Positions 28,375 to 38,284 are shown, counted from the stretch's first letter. The stretch: DNA of 64,000 nt from an uncultured Candidatus Rokubacteria bacterium (GCA_963771355.1 CAVYTA010000006.1:1344001-1408000); one strand, 5' to 3'. Translations and numbers: made by a program. The notes: generated from the sequence alone by a model not told the origin.

Positions 28375-29466
28375 TCAGGCGCCGAGCTCCCGCGCCGTCA
28401 GCTTGTAGCGGAACGAATCCGGGTCCAGGCTGTCTCGCCGCTCCCCGCTCACCTCCGCCTGGGGATACATGAAGAAGCCCAGCGCGTCGCCCGTGGAGCC
28501 CGGCAGCTTGATGTCATGGGCGTAGTTGTAGGCCAGCCAGTTCATCTCCCACTGGCCGAACAGCTTGGCGCGGGCCTTGAGCACGGCCGGGTCGGTCAGC
28601 GGCAATCCGCCGCGCTCCTCCAGGACCACTTTCCGCACGTCCGCGGGGTCCACCGGCACCCAGCCGAAGCCGGTCAGATAGGACTCGGCCCGGCAGTGCT
28701 GCGCCTTCGTGATCTCGCCGCTCTTGCCGAGGCTCTTGAACTCCGCCGAGTCGGCCACCCGCACGCCGTACACGTCGCGCGACGGAACGCCCACCGACCG
28801 CGCCAGGCCGACGTACAGCGCGTTGAGGTCGGCGCACTTGCCGCTCAGGTTGCCGGACTCGAGCATGGCGCGGATGTCGCCGATCCCGCAGCCGCGCACC
28901 TTGGGATCGCGGAAGGTGTTGTCCACGATCCACTCGTACAGCGCGCGCGCCTTGTCCAGATCGGACTTCTGCCCCTTGGTGATCTCGCGCGCCGTCTTCT
29001 GGACGATTCCGTCGGTGGGCATGAGCCGCGTGGGCTCGAGATAGCGCGCGAGCACTCGGCGGTCCTCGCGGACATCGGCCGGCCGGGACAGGTCCACCGC
29101 GCGATCGCGCGTGGCGAAGCGCGTGGTCACCTCGACCACCGGCGCCGTCGCACCCGCCTCCCACTCCGCATGGAAGATGCCCGCGCCATACTTGTCCTCG
29201 CGGACGACGCGGCCCACCTTGGCATTGCCGGTCCAGGTCTGGCCGAGATTCTTGAAGTAGTCGGTGTCCGCGGTGAGCGGCAGCGGTAGCCACGTGCGCA
29301 CCGTCCCGGTCGGGTTCAGGATCTCCGCGCGCGTGACGACCTCGAAGGCCCGCCAGCGCGTGCCCTCCGACGCGCTCTGCGCGAGGGCGCGCCGCGCCCC
29401 GCCCGTTCCCGCCGCCAGCGCGACCGACGCGGCCAGTCCCGTCCTCAAGAACGCACGACGCCTCAT
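28375..29466 (-). CDS. Tat-exported transglutaminase-like protein
   Basis: MRRRAFLR twin-Arg signal; catalytic triad segments GKCADLN, QHCRAE and VDPAD. Confidence 0.88.
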   Translation of the reverse strand: MRRRAFLRTGLAASVALAAGTGGARRALAQSASEGTRWRAFEVVTRAEILNPTGTVRTWLPLPLTADTDYFKNLGQTWTGNAKVGRVVREDKYGAGIFHAEWEAGATAPVVEVTTRFATRDRAVDLSRPADVREDRRVLARYLEPTRLMPTDGIVQKTAREITKGQKSDLDKARALYEWIVDNTFRDPKVRGCGIGDIRAMLESGNLSGKCADLNALYVGLARSVGVPSRDVYGVRVADSAEFKSLGKSGEITKAQHCRAESYLTGFGWVPVDPADVRKVVLEERGGLPLTDPAVLKARAKLFGQWEMNWLAYNYAHDIKLPGSTGDALGFFMYPQAEVSGERRDSLDPDSFRYKLTARELGA

Positions 29467-29561
29467 TCGAAGGAGCCTCCTGGTGATGTGACTCGTGCTC
29501 GTCATGGTACGAACCTGCCCGGACAAGTCCAATTGGCTGTTTCGATGGGAATCGCGCGGCG

Positions 29562-29578
29562 GATAGGGCGCGTCTATC
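29562..29578. promoter_or_regulatory. LysR-type T-N11-A box
   Basis: GATAG-GGCGCGT-CTATC palindrome upstream of the transglutaminase gene and next to lysR. Confidence 0.55.
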
Positions 29579-29615
29579 GCCGCGAAGGCGAACGGCGGCG
29601 GGATTGGTGTCCGGC

Positions 29616-30509
29616 CTAGCCGGGATCGGCCTCGAGAAAGATTCGAAACGCCTCCGCCACCGGCGAGCGTATCCGGTCCTTGTGGGTCACCACGTGGAAC
29701 GCGCGAGTGATGGCGAGATCCTTCACCTGGAGGCAGATGAGCCAGCCGGCCCGGCACTCCTCCTCCACCGCGCGGCGCGAGAGGATGGTGATGCCCATCC
29801 CCGCCTTCACTGCCTGCTTCACGGCCTGGCTCGAGCCCATCTCGCCGACCACCCGCAGCGCGCCCAGGTCGACCCCGGCGCGCTCGAGCGCGGCCTCCAG
29901 CGCGGCCCGCGTGCCGGACCCCGCCTCGCGGATGAGCAGCGGCTCCCGCGCCAGCTCCGCCAGCGTGATCTCCACGCGCCCGGTCCAGGGATGCCCCGCG
30001 GGCGCCACCACCACCTCCTCGTCGGGGAGGAGCTCGCGAAACTCGAGCCCGCGCCGCGGCAGGCGCGCCCCCACCACCGCCACCTCGACCCGGCCCTCCG
30101 CCACCCAGTCCGTCACGCCCCGGCTGTCGCCGATGAGCAGGGTCGTCGAGATGTCCGGGAACTTCTCCTTGAACCGGCCCAGGATGGCGGGAAGGATGTA
30201 TTCCCCCGGGATGGTGCTCCCGCCGACGACCAGGACGCCGCTCATCCGGCCCTGGAACGCGTCCATCGCCTGCCGCGCCTCGCGCGCGAGGGTGAGCATG
30301 CGCCCCGCGTACGAGAGCAGCAGCTGGCCGGCCCGCGTGACGCCGGCGCCGCGCCCCAGCCGGTCGAGCAGGCGCACGCCGAGCTCGTCCTCGAGGGAGC
30401 GGATATGCTCGGACACGGTGGGCTGGGTGAGATGCAGCGCCTCGGCGGCGCGGGAAAAGGAGGCGAGCTCGGCCACCTTGGTGAAGATCTCGAGCTGGCG
30501 CAGATCCAT
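29616..30509 (-). CDS. LysR-family regulator (CysL / selenium-metabolism-associated-like)
   Basis: SFSRAAEALHLTQPTVSEHIRSLE HTH; GGSTIPGEYILP, REAGSGTR. Confidence 0.9.
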   Translation of the reverse strand: MDLRQLEIFTKVAELASFSRAAEALHLTQPTVSEHIRSLEDELGVRLLDRLGRGAGVTRAGQLLLSYAGRMLTLAREARQAMDAFQGRMSGVLVVGGSTIPGEYILPAILGRFKEKFPDISTTLLIGDSRGVTDWVAEGRVEVAVVGARLPRRGLEFRELLPDEEVVVAPAGHPWTGRVEITLAELAREPLLIREAGSGTRAALEAALERAGVDLGALRVVGEMGSSQAVKQAVKAGMGITILSRRAVEEECRAGWLICLQVKDLAITRAFHVVTHKDRIRSPVAEAFRIFLEADPG

Positions 30510-30569
30510 GGCGGTCGAGTATAGAAGCGGGCCCGGAGGCTGTCCAGCGGCCTTCCACCCGCGCCGGAC

Positions 30570-31949
30570 TCAGCCGAGCAGGGACTCGGCGGCCTCCATG
30601 AACCCTTCCGCGAGCGTCGGATGGGCGTGGATGGTCGCGGCCACGTCCTCGGCCAGGAGCGCATTCTCGACCGCGAGCGCCCCCTCGGCGATCAGCTCCC
30701 CCGCCCCGGGCCCCACGATGCCCACGCCGATGAGGCGCCCGGTGGCGACCTCGGCCACGAGCTTGGTGAGGCCGTCGGCGCGCCCGAGCGTGGCGGCGCG
30801 TCCGGAGGCGGCCCAGGCGAAGCGTGCCACCCGCACCTCGCGGCCGGCGGCGCGCGCCTCGGGCTCGCTCATCCCGCACCACGCCACCTCGGGATCGGTG
30901 AAGACCACCGCGGGCACGACGACATTGTCGAAGGCGGCGGGCCGGCCGGCGATCACCTCCGCGGCCACCTTGCCCTGGCGCATCGCTCGGTGCGCGAGCA
31001 TCGGCTCGCCGGTGACGTCCCCGACGGCGAAGATGCGCGGGTCGTCCGTGCGACAGTGCCCGTCCACCGTGATGAGTCCGCGTCCGTCCACGCGTGCCCG
31101 CGTCGTCTCGAGGCCGAGCTCCGCGCTTCGCGGGCGGCGCCCCACCGCCACGAGCGCGCGGTCGTACCGCTCCGGGCGCCCGCCCAGCGTCGCCTCCACC
31201 TCCGCGCCCACCTCGCGGAGGCTCTCGATGCGCGTCCCCAGCCGGATCTCCGCGAACTGCTTTGCGATGTGTCGGGCCAGCGGCTGCACGAGGTCGCGAT
31301 CGACACCGGGCAGCACGCCCTCCGCCATCTCGACGAGCGTGACCCGGCTCCCCAGGGCGGCGTAGACCTGCCCCAGCTCGAGCCCGATATAGCCGCCCCC
31401 CACCACCAGGAGCCGCTCCGGCACGTCGGGCACCTCGAGCGCGGCGGTCGAGTCCATGATGCGCTCACCCGCCGTCACGCCGGGCAGCGTGGCCGGCTCG
31501 GAGCCCGTGGCCACGATGGCGTGGCCGAAGCGGATGGTCTGCGGCGCCTCGCCCTCCACCCGCAGCGTCCGTGAGCCCTCGAAGATCCCCCGTCCGGTCA
31601 CCAGCTCCACCTTCTTGGCGCGCGCCACGCCGGCGAGCCCCTTGGCGAGCTTGCCCACCACGCGCTCCGTCTTCCACTTCCGCAACGGGTCGAGCGCAAA
31701 TCGCGGCGGGCCGAACTCCACGCCGAGCTCGCGGGCACGCTCCACCTCGGCGACGACGTGGGCGACGTGGAGCAACGCCTTGGAGGGAATGCAGCCCTCG
31801 TGGAGACAGGCCCCGCCGAGGCGCCCGTCGCCGTCCACGATCAGCGTCTCGAGCCCGAGGTCGGCGCAGCGGAACGCGGCGGAGTAGCCTCCGGGACCGC
31901 CGCCCACCACCACCACGTCCACCTCGCGCACGAGATCGCCCATGACCAT
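30570..31949 (-). CDS. lpdA: Dihydrolipoyl dehydrogenase (E3)
   Basis: GGGPGG, GGACLHEGCIPSK, GGGYIGLE, HAHPTLAE. Confidence 0.95.
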   Translation of the reverse strand: MVMGDLVREVDVVVVGGGPGGYSAAFRCADLGLETLIVDGDGRLGGACLHEGCIPSKALLHVAHVVAEVERARELGVEFGPPRFALDPLRKWKTERVVGKLAKGLAGVARAKKVELVTGRGIFEGSRTLRVEGEAPQTIRFGHAIVATGSEPATLPGVTAGERIMDSTAALEVPDVPERLLVVGGGYIGLELGQVYAALGSRVTLVEMAEGVLPGVDRDLVQPLARHIAKQFAEIRLGTRIESLREVGAEVEATLGGRPERYDRALVAVGRRPRSAELGLETTRARVDGRGLITVDGHCRTDDPRIFAVGDVTGEPMLAHRAMRQGKVAAEVIAGRPAAFDNVVVPAVVFTDPEVAWCGMSEPEARAAGREVRVARFAWAASGRAATLGRADGLTKLVAEVATGRLIGVGIVGPGAGELIAEGALAVENALLAEDVAATIHAHPTLAEGFMEAAESLLG

Positions 31950-31961
31950 GACGCGACTCGC

Positions 31962-33311
31962 TCAGAGACCGAGCAGCAGCCGGCCGGGCGTCTCGAGCAG
32001 CGCCACGATCTCCGCGGCGAAGCGCGCCCCGTCGGCGCCGTCGGCGACGCGGTGGTCGAAGGTGAGCGTGAGCGGCAGCAGGAGGCGCGGAACGATGACC
32101 CCGTCGCGCACCACCGGCTCGAGGCGCGCGCGCGCCAGCGCCAGGATCGCGACCTCGGGATAGTTGATGATGGGGATGGCGCCGGTGCCGCCCAGCGGGC
32201 CGATATTGGTGACGGTGAAGGTGCCGCCGCGGAGATCGTCCAGGGCCGCCTTGCCCTCGCGCACGCGCTGCGCGAGCGCGGCCAGCTCGCGGGCCACCTC
32301 CAGCACCGGCTTCTGGTCCACGTCGCGCAGCACCGGCACGATGAGGCCGCGGTCCGTGGCCACCGCCACGCCGAGATGGTAGTGGCGCTTGAGGACGAGC
32401 TCGCCCGCGCCGGGGTCGAGGCTCGCGTTGAAGACGGGGTGCTTGGTGAGCGCGGTGGCCACCGCCTTCAGGAGAAAGCTCGTGAGCGTGAGATAGATCC
32501 CCTGCGCGCGGGCGGGCTCGAAGCCGCCGCGCACCACCGCGTCGAGCTCCGTGATGTCGGCGCGGTCGAAGTGCGTCACGTGGGGGACGAGCGCCGCCGA
32601 GAGCGCCATGCGCTCGGCGATGGTCCGGCGGAGGTGCGTGAGCGGCACGCGCTCCACCGGACCCCATTGCTCGAAGCGCGGCAAGGGCGGCGGCTGGAGC
32701 CCCACCGCGGCGAGCGGCCGCGCGGGACCGGCGGGCCGGGCCGGCTCCGTCGGCACGCTGGACACCGTTGAACGAGGGGACGGTGCGACGGGCGAGGCCG
32801 GCGCGCCGGCGCCGCCGCCGGCCGCGGCGCGCACGTCCGCGTCGGTGATGCGGCCCGCCGGGCCGCTCCCCGTCACGGAGGCGAGATTCACCGCCAGCTC
32901 GCGCGCCAGCCGCCGCGTGGCGGGCGTCGCCGGGGGCGGTCCGCCGTCCGTGCGGCGCGTGCCGGCGGTCGCCGGGGCCGCGGCGATGGGTACGGCCGCA
33001 GTGGCAGGCGCCGGCGCGGCGGGCGCCGCGGTGGCGCGGCTCGGCGCGGGCGCGGCCGCCGCCGGGACCACTTTCGCGTCGGCGAAGCTGACCAGCACGG
33101 CGCCGACCTTCACCGTCTGGCCGGGCTGGACGTGCACCCGCTCCACGCGCCCCGCCATGGGGGACGGGATCTCCACCTGCGCCTTGTCGGTCTCGACCTC
33201 GAGGAGGGGCGCGTCCTCCGCGATCACATCGCCCTCGCGTACCAGCACCTTCACGATCTCGGCCTCGGTGAGTCCCTCCCCGAGATCGGGCAGCTTGAAG
33301 TCGCGCGACAT
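31962..33311 (-). CDS. Dihydrolipoamide acyltransferase (E2)
   Basis: Single lipoyl domain (VETDKA), Ala/Pro linker, E3-binding ATPATRRLARE, DHRVADG. Confidence 0.93.
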   Translation of the reverse strand: MSRDFKLPDLGEGLTEAEIVKVLVREGDVIAEDAPLLEVETDKAQVEIPSPMAGRVERVHVQPGQTVKVGAVLVSFADAKVVPAAAAPAPSRATAAPAAPAPATAAVPIAAAPATAGTRRTDGGPPPATPATRRLARELAVNLASVTGSGPAGRITDADVRAAAGGGAGAPASPVAPSPRSTVSSVPTEPARPAGPARPLAAVGLQPPPLPRFEQWGPVERVPLTHLRRTIAERMALSAALVPHVTHFDRADITELDAVVRGGFEPARAQGIYLTLTSFLLKAVATALTKHPVFNASLDPGAGELVLKRHYHLGVAVATDRGLIVPVLRDVDQKPVLEVARELAALAQRVREGKAALDDLRGGTFTVTNIGPLGGTGAIPIINYPEVAILALARARLEPVVRDGVIVPRLLLPLTLTFDHRVADGADGARFAAEIVALLETPGRLLLGL

Positions 33312-33323
33312 GGCTCGCGCCGC

Positions 33324-34304
33324 CTAGAAGGCCAGCGTCTCGCGGGCGGCGGCCACCACCCGCGCGGCGTCGGGGACATTGGCCTTCTCGCGCGCGAACC
33401 CGGGGAACGGGATGTCGTAGGCAGTGACGCGCCGGATGGGCGCCTCCAGCGAGAGGAAGGCCCCCTCCTGGATGGAGGCGGCAATCTCCGCGCCGGGGCC
33501 GAAGCTCCGCGGCGCCTCGTGCACGATCACCGCCCGCCCCGTCTTCCCCACCGAGGCCACCAGGGCCTCGCGGTCGAGCGGCGAGACCGTGAGGAGATCG
33601 ACGATCTCGGCCTGCACGCCATCCTCCTGCTCGAGCGTGTCCGCGGCCTCCCGCGCGACGCGCACCATGGCGCCATAGGCCACGAGGGTAAGGTCTCCCC
33701 CCTCCCGGTCCACGCGGGCCCGGCCCAGGGGCATGGTCTCCGGCTCGTCCGGCACCTCCTCCTTGGCCGCGTGATAGAGCGCCTTGGCCTCGAAGAAGAT
33801 GACGGGGTCGGGGTCGCGAATGGCCGCCGCCAGCAGGGCCCGGGCATTGCGGGGGCTCGAGGGCACCACCATCTTCAGCCCGGGGATGTGGGCGTAGAAC
33901 TGCTCCTCGCTCTCCGAGTGATGCTCGAGCGCGCGCACCCCGCCGCCGTACGGCATGCGCACCACCAGCGGGACCTGGAAGCGCCCCTGAGAGCGCTGGC
34001 GGAAGCGCGCGACGTGATTCTCGATCTGGTGGAAGCACTGGAAGGCGAAGCCGGAAAACTGGATCTCGCAGACGGGGCGCAGCCCGTACAGTGCCATGCC
34101 CACCGCGGTGCCCACGATGGCGGCCTCGGCCAGGGGACTGTCGATCACGCGCCGCGAGCCGAACTGCCGCTGCAGGTCGTCGGTGACGCGAAACACGCCG
34201 CCGTCCACGCCCACGTCCTCACCCAGGATGAGGACGTCGGGATCACGCTCCATCTCCTGCTGGAGCGCGACGTTCAGCGCCTTCACCATGTTGAGCTTGG
34301 TCAT
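33324..34304 (-). CDS. pdhB: 2-oxoacid (pyruvate) dehydrogenase E1 beta
   Basis: MTKLNMVKALN, GEDVG..GGVFR, EHHSES. Confidence 0.92.
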   Translation of the reverse strand: MTKLNMVKALNVALQQEMERDPDVLILGEDVGVDGGVFRVTDDLQRQFGSRRVIDSPLAEAAIVGTAVGMALYGLRPVCEIQFSGFAFQCFHQIENHVARFRQRSQGRFQVPLVVRMPYGGGVRALEHHSESEEQFYAHIPGLKMVVPSSPRNARALLAAAIRDPDPVIFFEAKALYHAAKEEVPDEPETMPLGRARVDREGGDLTLVAYGAMVRVAREAADTLEQEDGVQAEIVDLLTVSPLDREALVASVGKTGRAVIVHEAPRSFGPGAEIAASIQEGAFLSLEAPIRRVTAYDIPFPGFAREKANVPDAARVVAAARETLAF

Positions 34305-35449
34305 CGTCTGGTCGTCCGCTGCCCGCGCATGGGCACGGGGGCGGGCGGCTCGTCGCCGTCGGCGGCCGCGGCGGGCGCGGGCGCGCTCGCGCGCAGCCGC
34401 GCCGCCACCTCCGCGCGCTGGGCTTCGACATTGGCCGGCGGCGCGCCATACGCGTGGTCGAACATGGTCAGGGGATCGGGCGGCTCCGCGGACTCGAAGC
34501 GGGCCACCGCGGCGGCGATCTCGGCGTCGATGTCCGCCTCGACACCGGCCACCATGATGTTCCGCTTCTCGAGATAGGCGGTGAAGCGCGTGAGCGGATC
34601 CTTGCGCTCCCAGGCCGCCACCTCCTCCTGCGAGCGGTACTTGGTCGGATCGTCGGCGGTGGTGTGGACGCCGAGCCGGTAGGTGACGCACTCGATCAGG
34701 GTGGGGCCGTCACCCGCCCGCGCGCGATTCACCGCGTCCCGGCTGGCGACATACGTCGCCAGCACGTCGTTGCCGTCCACCTGGATTCCGGGGAAGCCGT
34801 AGGCGAGCGCCTTCTGGGCGAGGGTCGCGGAGTGCGTCTGCTTCTTGAGCGGCACCGAGATCGCCCACTGGTTGTTCTGGACCACGAAGACGATCGGCAC
34901 CGACCAGACGCCGGCGAAGTTCAGCGCCTCGTGGAAGTCGCCCTCCGAGGTGGCGCCGTCGCCGCAGTACGCCATCACCACCGCGTCGTCGCCGCGATAC
35001 TGGATCGCGTAGGCCAGCCCCACCGCGTGGGGCAGCTGGGTGGCCACCGGGATGCACACCGGGAGGTCATGCTGCTCGGGGCCGGGCTGGCCGCCTTCCA
35101 GGTGCCCCGAATAGAGGAGGAGCATCTTCTCGATCGACCAGCCGCGCCAGATCATGGCCGCGGTCTCGCGGAAGGAGGGCACCATCCAGTCGGTGGGGCG
35201 AAGCGCGAACACGCTGCCCATCTGCGCGGCTTCCTGCCCCTTGATCGGCGCGAAGGTGCCGATCCGTCCCTGGCGCTGCAGCCGGACCATCCGCTCGTCC
35301 AGCCGCCGGCCGAGGACCATGGCGCGGTAGAGGTGCCGGAGCTCATCGGCGGTGAGCGCGGGGTCGAGCGCCTCGTCGAGATTGCCATCACTGTCCAGCA
35401 CGGACAGGTGCTCGATGGGGTACCGCGGCTCGACAGTGGTCCTCGGCAT
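34301..35449 (-). CDS. pdhA: 2-oxoacid (pyruvate) dehydrogenase E1 alpha
   Basis: LQRQGRIG, GQEAAQ, GDGATSEGDFHE...QNNQWAIS TPP motif, HTTADDPTKYR. Confidence 0.92.
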   Translation of the reverse strand: MPRTTVEPRYPIEHLSVLDSDGNLDEALDPALTADELRHLYRAMVLGRRLDERMVRLQRQGRIGTFAPIKGQEAAQMGSVFALRPTDWMVPSFRETAAMIWRGWSIEKMLLLYSGHLEGGQPGPEQHDLPVCIPVATQLPHAVGLAYAIQYRGDDAVVMAYCGDGATSEGDFHEALNFAGVWSVPIVFVVQNNQWAISVPLKKQTHSATLAQKALAYGFPGIQVDGNDVLATYVASRDAVNRARAGDGPTLIECVTYRLGVHTTADDPTKYRSQEEVAAWERKDPLTRFTAYLEKRNIMVAGVEADIDAEIAAAVARFESAEPPDPLTMFDHAYGAPPANVEAQRAEVAARLRASAPAPAAAADGDEPPAPVPMRGQRTTRR

Positions 35450-35460
35450 GGAGGTCTCCC

Positions 35461-35491
35461 GGAAAGAAAAAGGGGCCCGCGGGGGCCCCCT
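35461..35491 (-). terminator. Intrinsic terminator after the fmdB-like gene
   Basis: Minus strand GGGGCCC-ccgc-GGGCCCC followed by TTTTTCTTT. Confidence 0.75.
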
Positions 35492-35517
35492 GGACTAATC
35501 GGACCGACGCGCGATCG

Positions 35518-35742
35518 CTAGTGACACCCGCAGCCCCCGCCGCAGCAGCCGCCGCCCCCCAGGGGCGCGGCGCCGCCCGAGGGCGCGGAGCCCGCGGACA
35601 CCGCGGTACGCGCGCGGAAGAGCGACAGCCGCTTCATCACCCGCTCGGCGCCGCAGGCCGGGCAAGCCACCGCGGTGCTGCCGTTGACGAGCTTCTCGAA
35701 CTCGCGGTCGCAGGTCAGGCAGGTGTACTCGTAGATCGGCAC
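35518..35742 (-). CDS. FmdB-family zinc ribbon protein
   Basis: MPIYEYTCLTC...FEKL...CPACG...KRLS; Gly/Cys tail CCGGGCGCH. Confidence 0.9.
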   Translation of the reverse strand: MPIYEYTCLTCDREFEKLVNGSTAVACPACGAERVMKRLSLFRARTAVSAGSAPSGGAAPLGGGGCCGGGCGCH

Positions 35743-35744
35743 CG

Positions 35745-35945
35745 CTATTCCCCTCCGCGCTGGACGTAGCTCTTCACGAACTCCTCCGCGTTCTCCTCGA
35801 GGATGTCGTCGATCTCGTCCAGGAGATTGTCGAGATCCTCCTTCAGCTTCTTGCCCTTCTTGGCGAGCTCGCCGCTTCCCGCGCCGGACTCATCGCCTTC
35901 CGCCGGCTTGCTCGGCCTCGTTTCCTTCTTCTTCTGCTCTGCCAT
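35745..35945 (-). CDS. pup: Prokaryotic ubiquitin-like protein Pup
   Basis: 66 aa, disordered N-terminus, LDNLLDEIDDILEENAEEFVKSYVQRGGE matching the Pup C-terminal consensus; strong AGGAGGT SD. Confidence 0.92.
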   Translation of the reverse strand: MAEQKKKETRPSKPAEGDESGAGSGELAKKGKKLKEDLDNLLDEIDDILEENAEEFVKSYVQRGGE

Positions 35946-35989
35946 GGGACCTTACCTCCTGGCCTCCTCGCGCGAGGCCGGCACGCGGG

Positions 35990-36541
35990 CTAGACCGTGG
36001 GGAGCACGATCCCCTGCTGGCCCTGGTACTTCCCCTGCCGATCCGCGTACGACGTCAGGCACGCCTCGTCCGACTCGAAGAACAGCACCTGCGCGATGCC
36101 CTCGTTGGCGTAGATCTTCGCGGGCAGTGGGGTGGTATTGCTGATTTCCAGCGTCACGAACCCTTCCCACTCGGGCTCGAAGGGAGTCACGTTGGTGATG
36201 ATGCCGCACCGGGCGTAGGTGGACTTCCCCACGCAGATGGTGAGGACGTTGCGCGGGATCTTGAAGTACTCGACGGAGCGCCCCAGCGCGAACGAGTTGG
36301 GGGGGATGATGCAGACGTCCCCCTGGAAGTCGACGAACGAGCGGGGATCGAAGGCCTTGGGATCCACGATGGTGTTGTTGATGTTCGTGAAGATCTTGAA
36401 CTCGTCGGAGATTCTCAAATCATACCCGTAGGAGGAGACGCCGTACGAGATCATGCCCTTGCGGACCTGCCGATCCTCGAAGGGCTTGATCATGCCCTGC
36501 TCGAGGGCCAGCTGCTTGATCCACCGATCGCTCTTGATCAC
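35990..36541 (-). CDS. dcd: dCTP deaminase
   Basis: [39 protein letters not shown]. Confidence 0.95.
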   Translation of the reverse strand: MIKSDRWIKQLALEQGMIKPFEDRQVRKGMISYGVSSYGYDLRISDEFKIFTNINNTIVDPKAFDPRSFVDFQGDVCIIPPNSFALGRSVEYFKIPRNVLTICVGKSTYARCGIITNVTPFEPEWEGFVTLEISNTTPLPAKIYANEGIAQVLFFESDEACLTSYADRQGKYQGQQGIVLPTV

Positions 36542-36618
36542 GTCCGATCGCTCTTTCTCACGTCATGGCCCCCAGTGCATCTCACTACGGTCATGGTACT
36601 GCCGCCCCCGAGAGGGAG

Positions 36619-37521
36619 TCAAGCAACCGGCTCGCAGGTGACGCCGGTGACGTCCACCGCCAGCGTCACCGCGCGCCCGGCGGTGCCGGTCTCGCGCAGG
36701 GCCGCCTCCATGGCGGCGCTCACCGCGTCGCCGGGGCCCGCCACCGGGGCGAGGAGGGAGGGCCCCGCGCCGCTGAGCACGCAGCCGAGCGCGCCGGCGC
36801 CGCGCGCCGCCGCCACCGCGGCGGGCAGCCAGGGAAAGAGGCGCCAGCGCTGCGGCTGGTGCAGGCGGTCATCGAGCGCCGCCGGGAGGAGATCGAGACG
36901 CCCCGCGCTCAGGGCGCCGAGGAGCAGGCCCATCCGCTGGAGGTTGAACACGGCGTCCGCGCGCGACACCGAGGCGGCGAGCACGGCGCGGGCCTCCTCG
37001 GTCGAGCCTTCGATCTCCGGGATGAGCACCACCCATCGGATGGTGGGCGGCACCGGCAGCGACAGCGCGACCACGCGGTCGCCGGAGTGACAGGACACGG
37101 TGAGCCCGCCCAGGAGCGCGGCGGCCACGTTGTCCGGATGGCCCTCCGCGCGTGTGGCCAGCTCGAGCAGCGTGTCGCGCGAGAGGCCGCCGCCGGCCAG
37201 CGCATTGCCGGCCACGAGCCCGCCCATCCAGGCGGCGGCGCTCGATCCCAGGCCGCGGCTCGGCGGGATGCGATTCACGCAGCGGAGCGCCACGCCGCGA
37301 AACGGACGGCCGGCGGCCTCGAAGGCCATGCGCACCGCGCGCGCGACCACGTTCCGCGCGCCCGTCTCCAGCCGGCCCGCGCCCTCTCCCTCGATCACCA
37401 CCGAGACGCCGTCGGCCTCCTCGGCGTCGACATCATTGTGCAGCGCCAGCGCCAGCCCCAGCACGTCGAAGCCCGGGCCGAGATTCGCCGAGGTGGCGGG
37501 CACGCGGACGTGGACGCGCAT
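36619..37521 (-). CDS. thrB: Homoserine kinase
   Basis: VPATSANLGPGFD, IPPSRGLGSSAA, EGHPDN, LHQPQR, SGAGPS. Confidence 0.95.
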   Translation of the reverse strand: MRVHVRVPATSANLGPGFDVLGLALALHNDVDAEEADGVSVVIEGEGAGRLETGARNVVARAVRMAFEAAGRPFRGVALRCVNRIPPSRGLGSSAAAWMGGLVAGNALAGGGLSRDTLLELATRAEGHPDNVAAALLGGLTVSCHSGDRVVALSLPVPPTIRWVVLIPEIEGSTEEARAVLAASVSRADAVFNLQRMGLLLGALSAGRLDLLPAALDDRLHQPQRWRLFPWLPAAVAAARGAGALGCVLSGAGPSLLAPVAGPGDAVSAAMEAALRETGTAGRAVTLAVDVTGVTCEPVA

Positions 37522-37536
37522 GGCGGGGACTGTACC

Positions 37537-38274
37537 CTACAGCCGCTTCAGCAGCCACTCCGGCGTGAGGCTGAGCGCCCAGGAGTTCAGCACGATGTAG
37601 TAGTTGGTCACCACGAGGACGCCCACCGCGACGAGCAGCAGCCCGGCGACGCGCTCCACCACGGGGATGAACGGGCGATAGCGCTTGAAGAAGGCGAGGA
37701 AGCTTCCCAGCGCGAGCGAGAAGAGCAGGAAGGGAATGCCCAGCCCCGCCGAGTAGGCGAGCAGCAGCGCGGTGCCCTGCCCGACCGTGCGGTCGCTGCT
37801 CGCGAGCGTGAGGATGGAGCCCAGGATGGGCCCGACGCACGGGGTCCAGCCGATGGCGAAGGTGAGCCCGACCGCAAAGGACCCGACCACGCCGGCCGGC
37901 TTCTGCTGGATCTGGAGCTGGGCCGAGCGCCCGAAGAGACCCACGCGGAGAAACCCCGCGATGTAGAGCCCGAAGACGATGATGAGGATGCCGCCCGCCA
38001 CGCGGATCCAGTCCCGATACGCGAGGAGGAACTGGCCCGCGGCGCTCACCGAAACTCCGAGGCTCACGAACACCGCGGTGAAGCCCGCGATGAACGCGAG
38101 CGAGTGCAGGACCACGCGTCCCCGGGTGCCGGTCGTCACCTCGCCCGAGAGACGCTCCACCGACATGCCGGTGATGAAGGACAGGTAGGAGGGGAAGAGC
38201 GGGAGGACGCAGGGGGAAAGGAAGGAGAGAATTCCGGCCACAAGCGCCGCTGATAGACCAACCGAATCAGTCAC
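37537..38274 (-). CDS. ccdA: Cytochrome c biogenesis protein CcdA
   Basis: SFLSPCVLP and GWTPCVGPIL in a polytopic membrane protein. Confidence 0.92.
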   Translation of the reverse strand: MTDSVGLSAALVAGILSFLSPCVLPLFPSYLSFITGMSVERLSGEVTTGTRGRVVLHSLAFIAGFTAVFVSLGVSVSAAGQFLLAYRDWIRVAGGILIIVFGLYIAGFLRVGLFGRSAQLQIQQKPAGVVGSFAVGLTFAIGWTPCVGPILGSILTLASSDRTVGQGTALLLAYSAGLGIPFLLFSLALGSFLAFFKRYRPFIPVVERVAGLLLVAVGVLVVTNYYIVLNSWALSLTPEWLLKRL

Positions 38275-38284
38275 TTGAATCCAA

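Noticed and set aside
35745..35945. Assignment as UBact rather than Pup
   Set aside because: The C-terminal LLDEID..LEENAEEFV..YVQ.GGE matches the Pup consensus.
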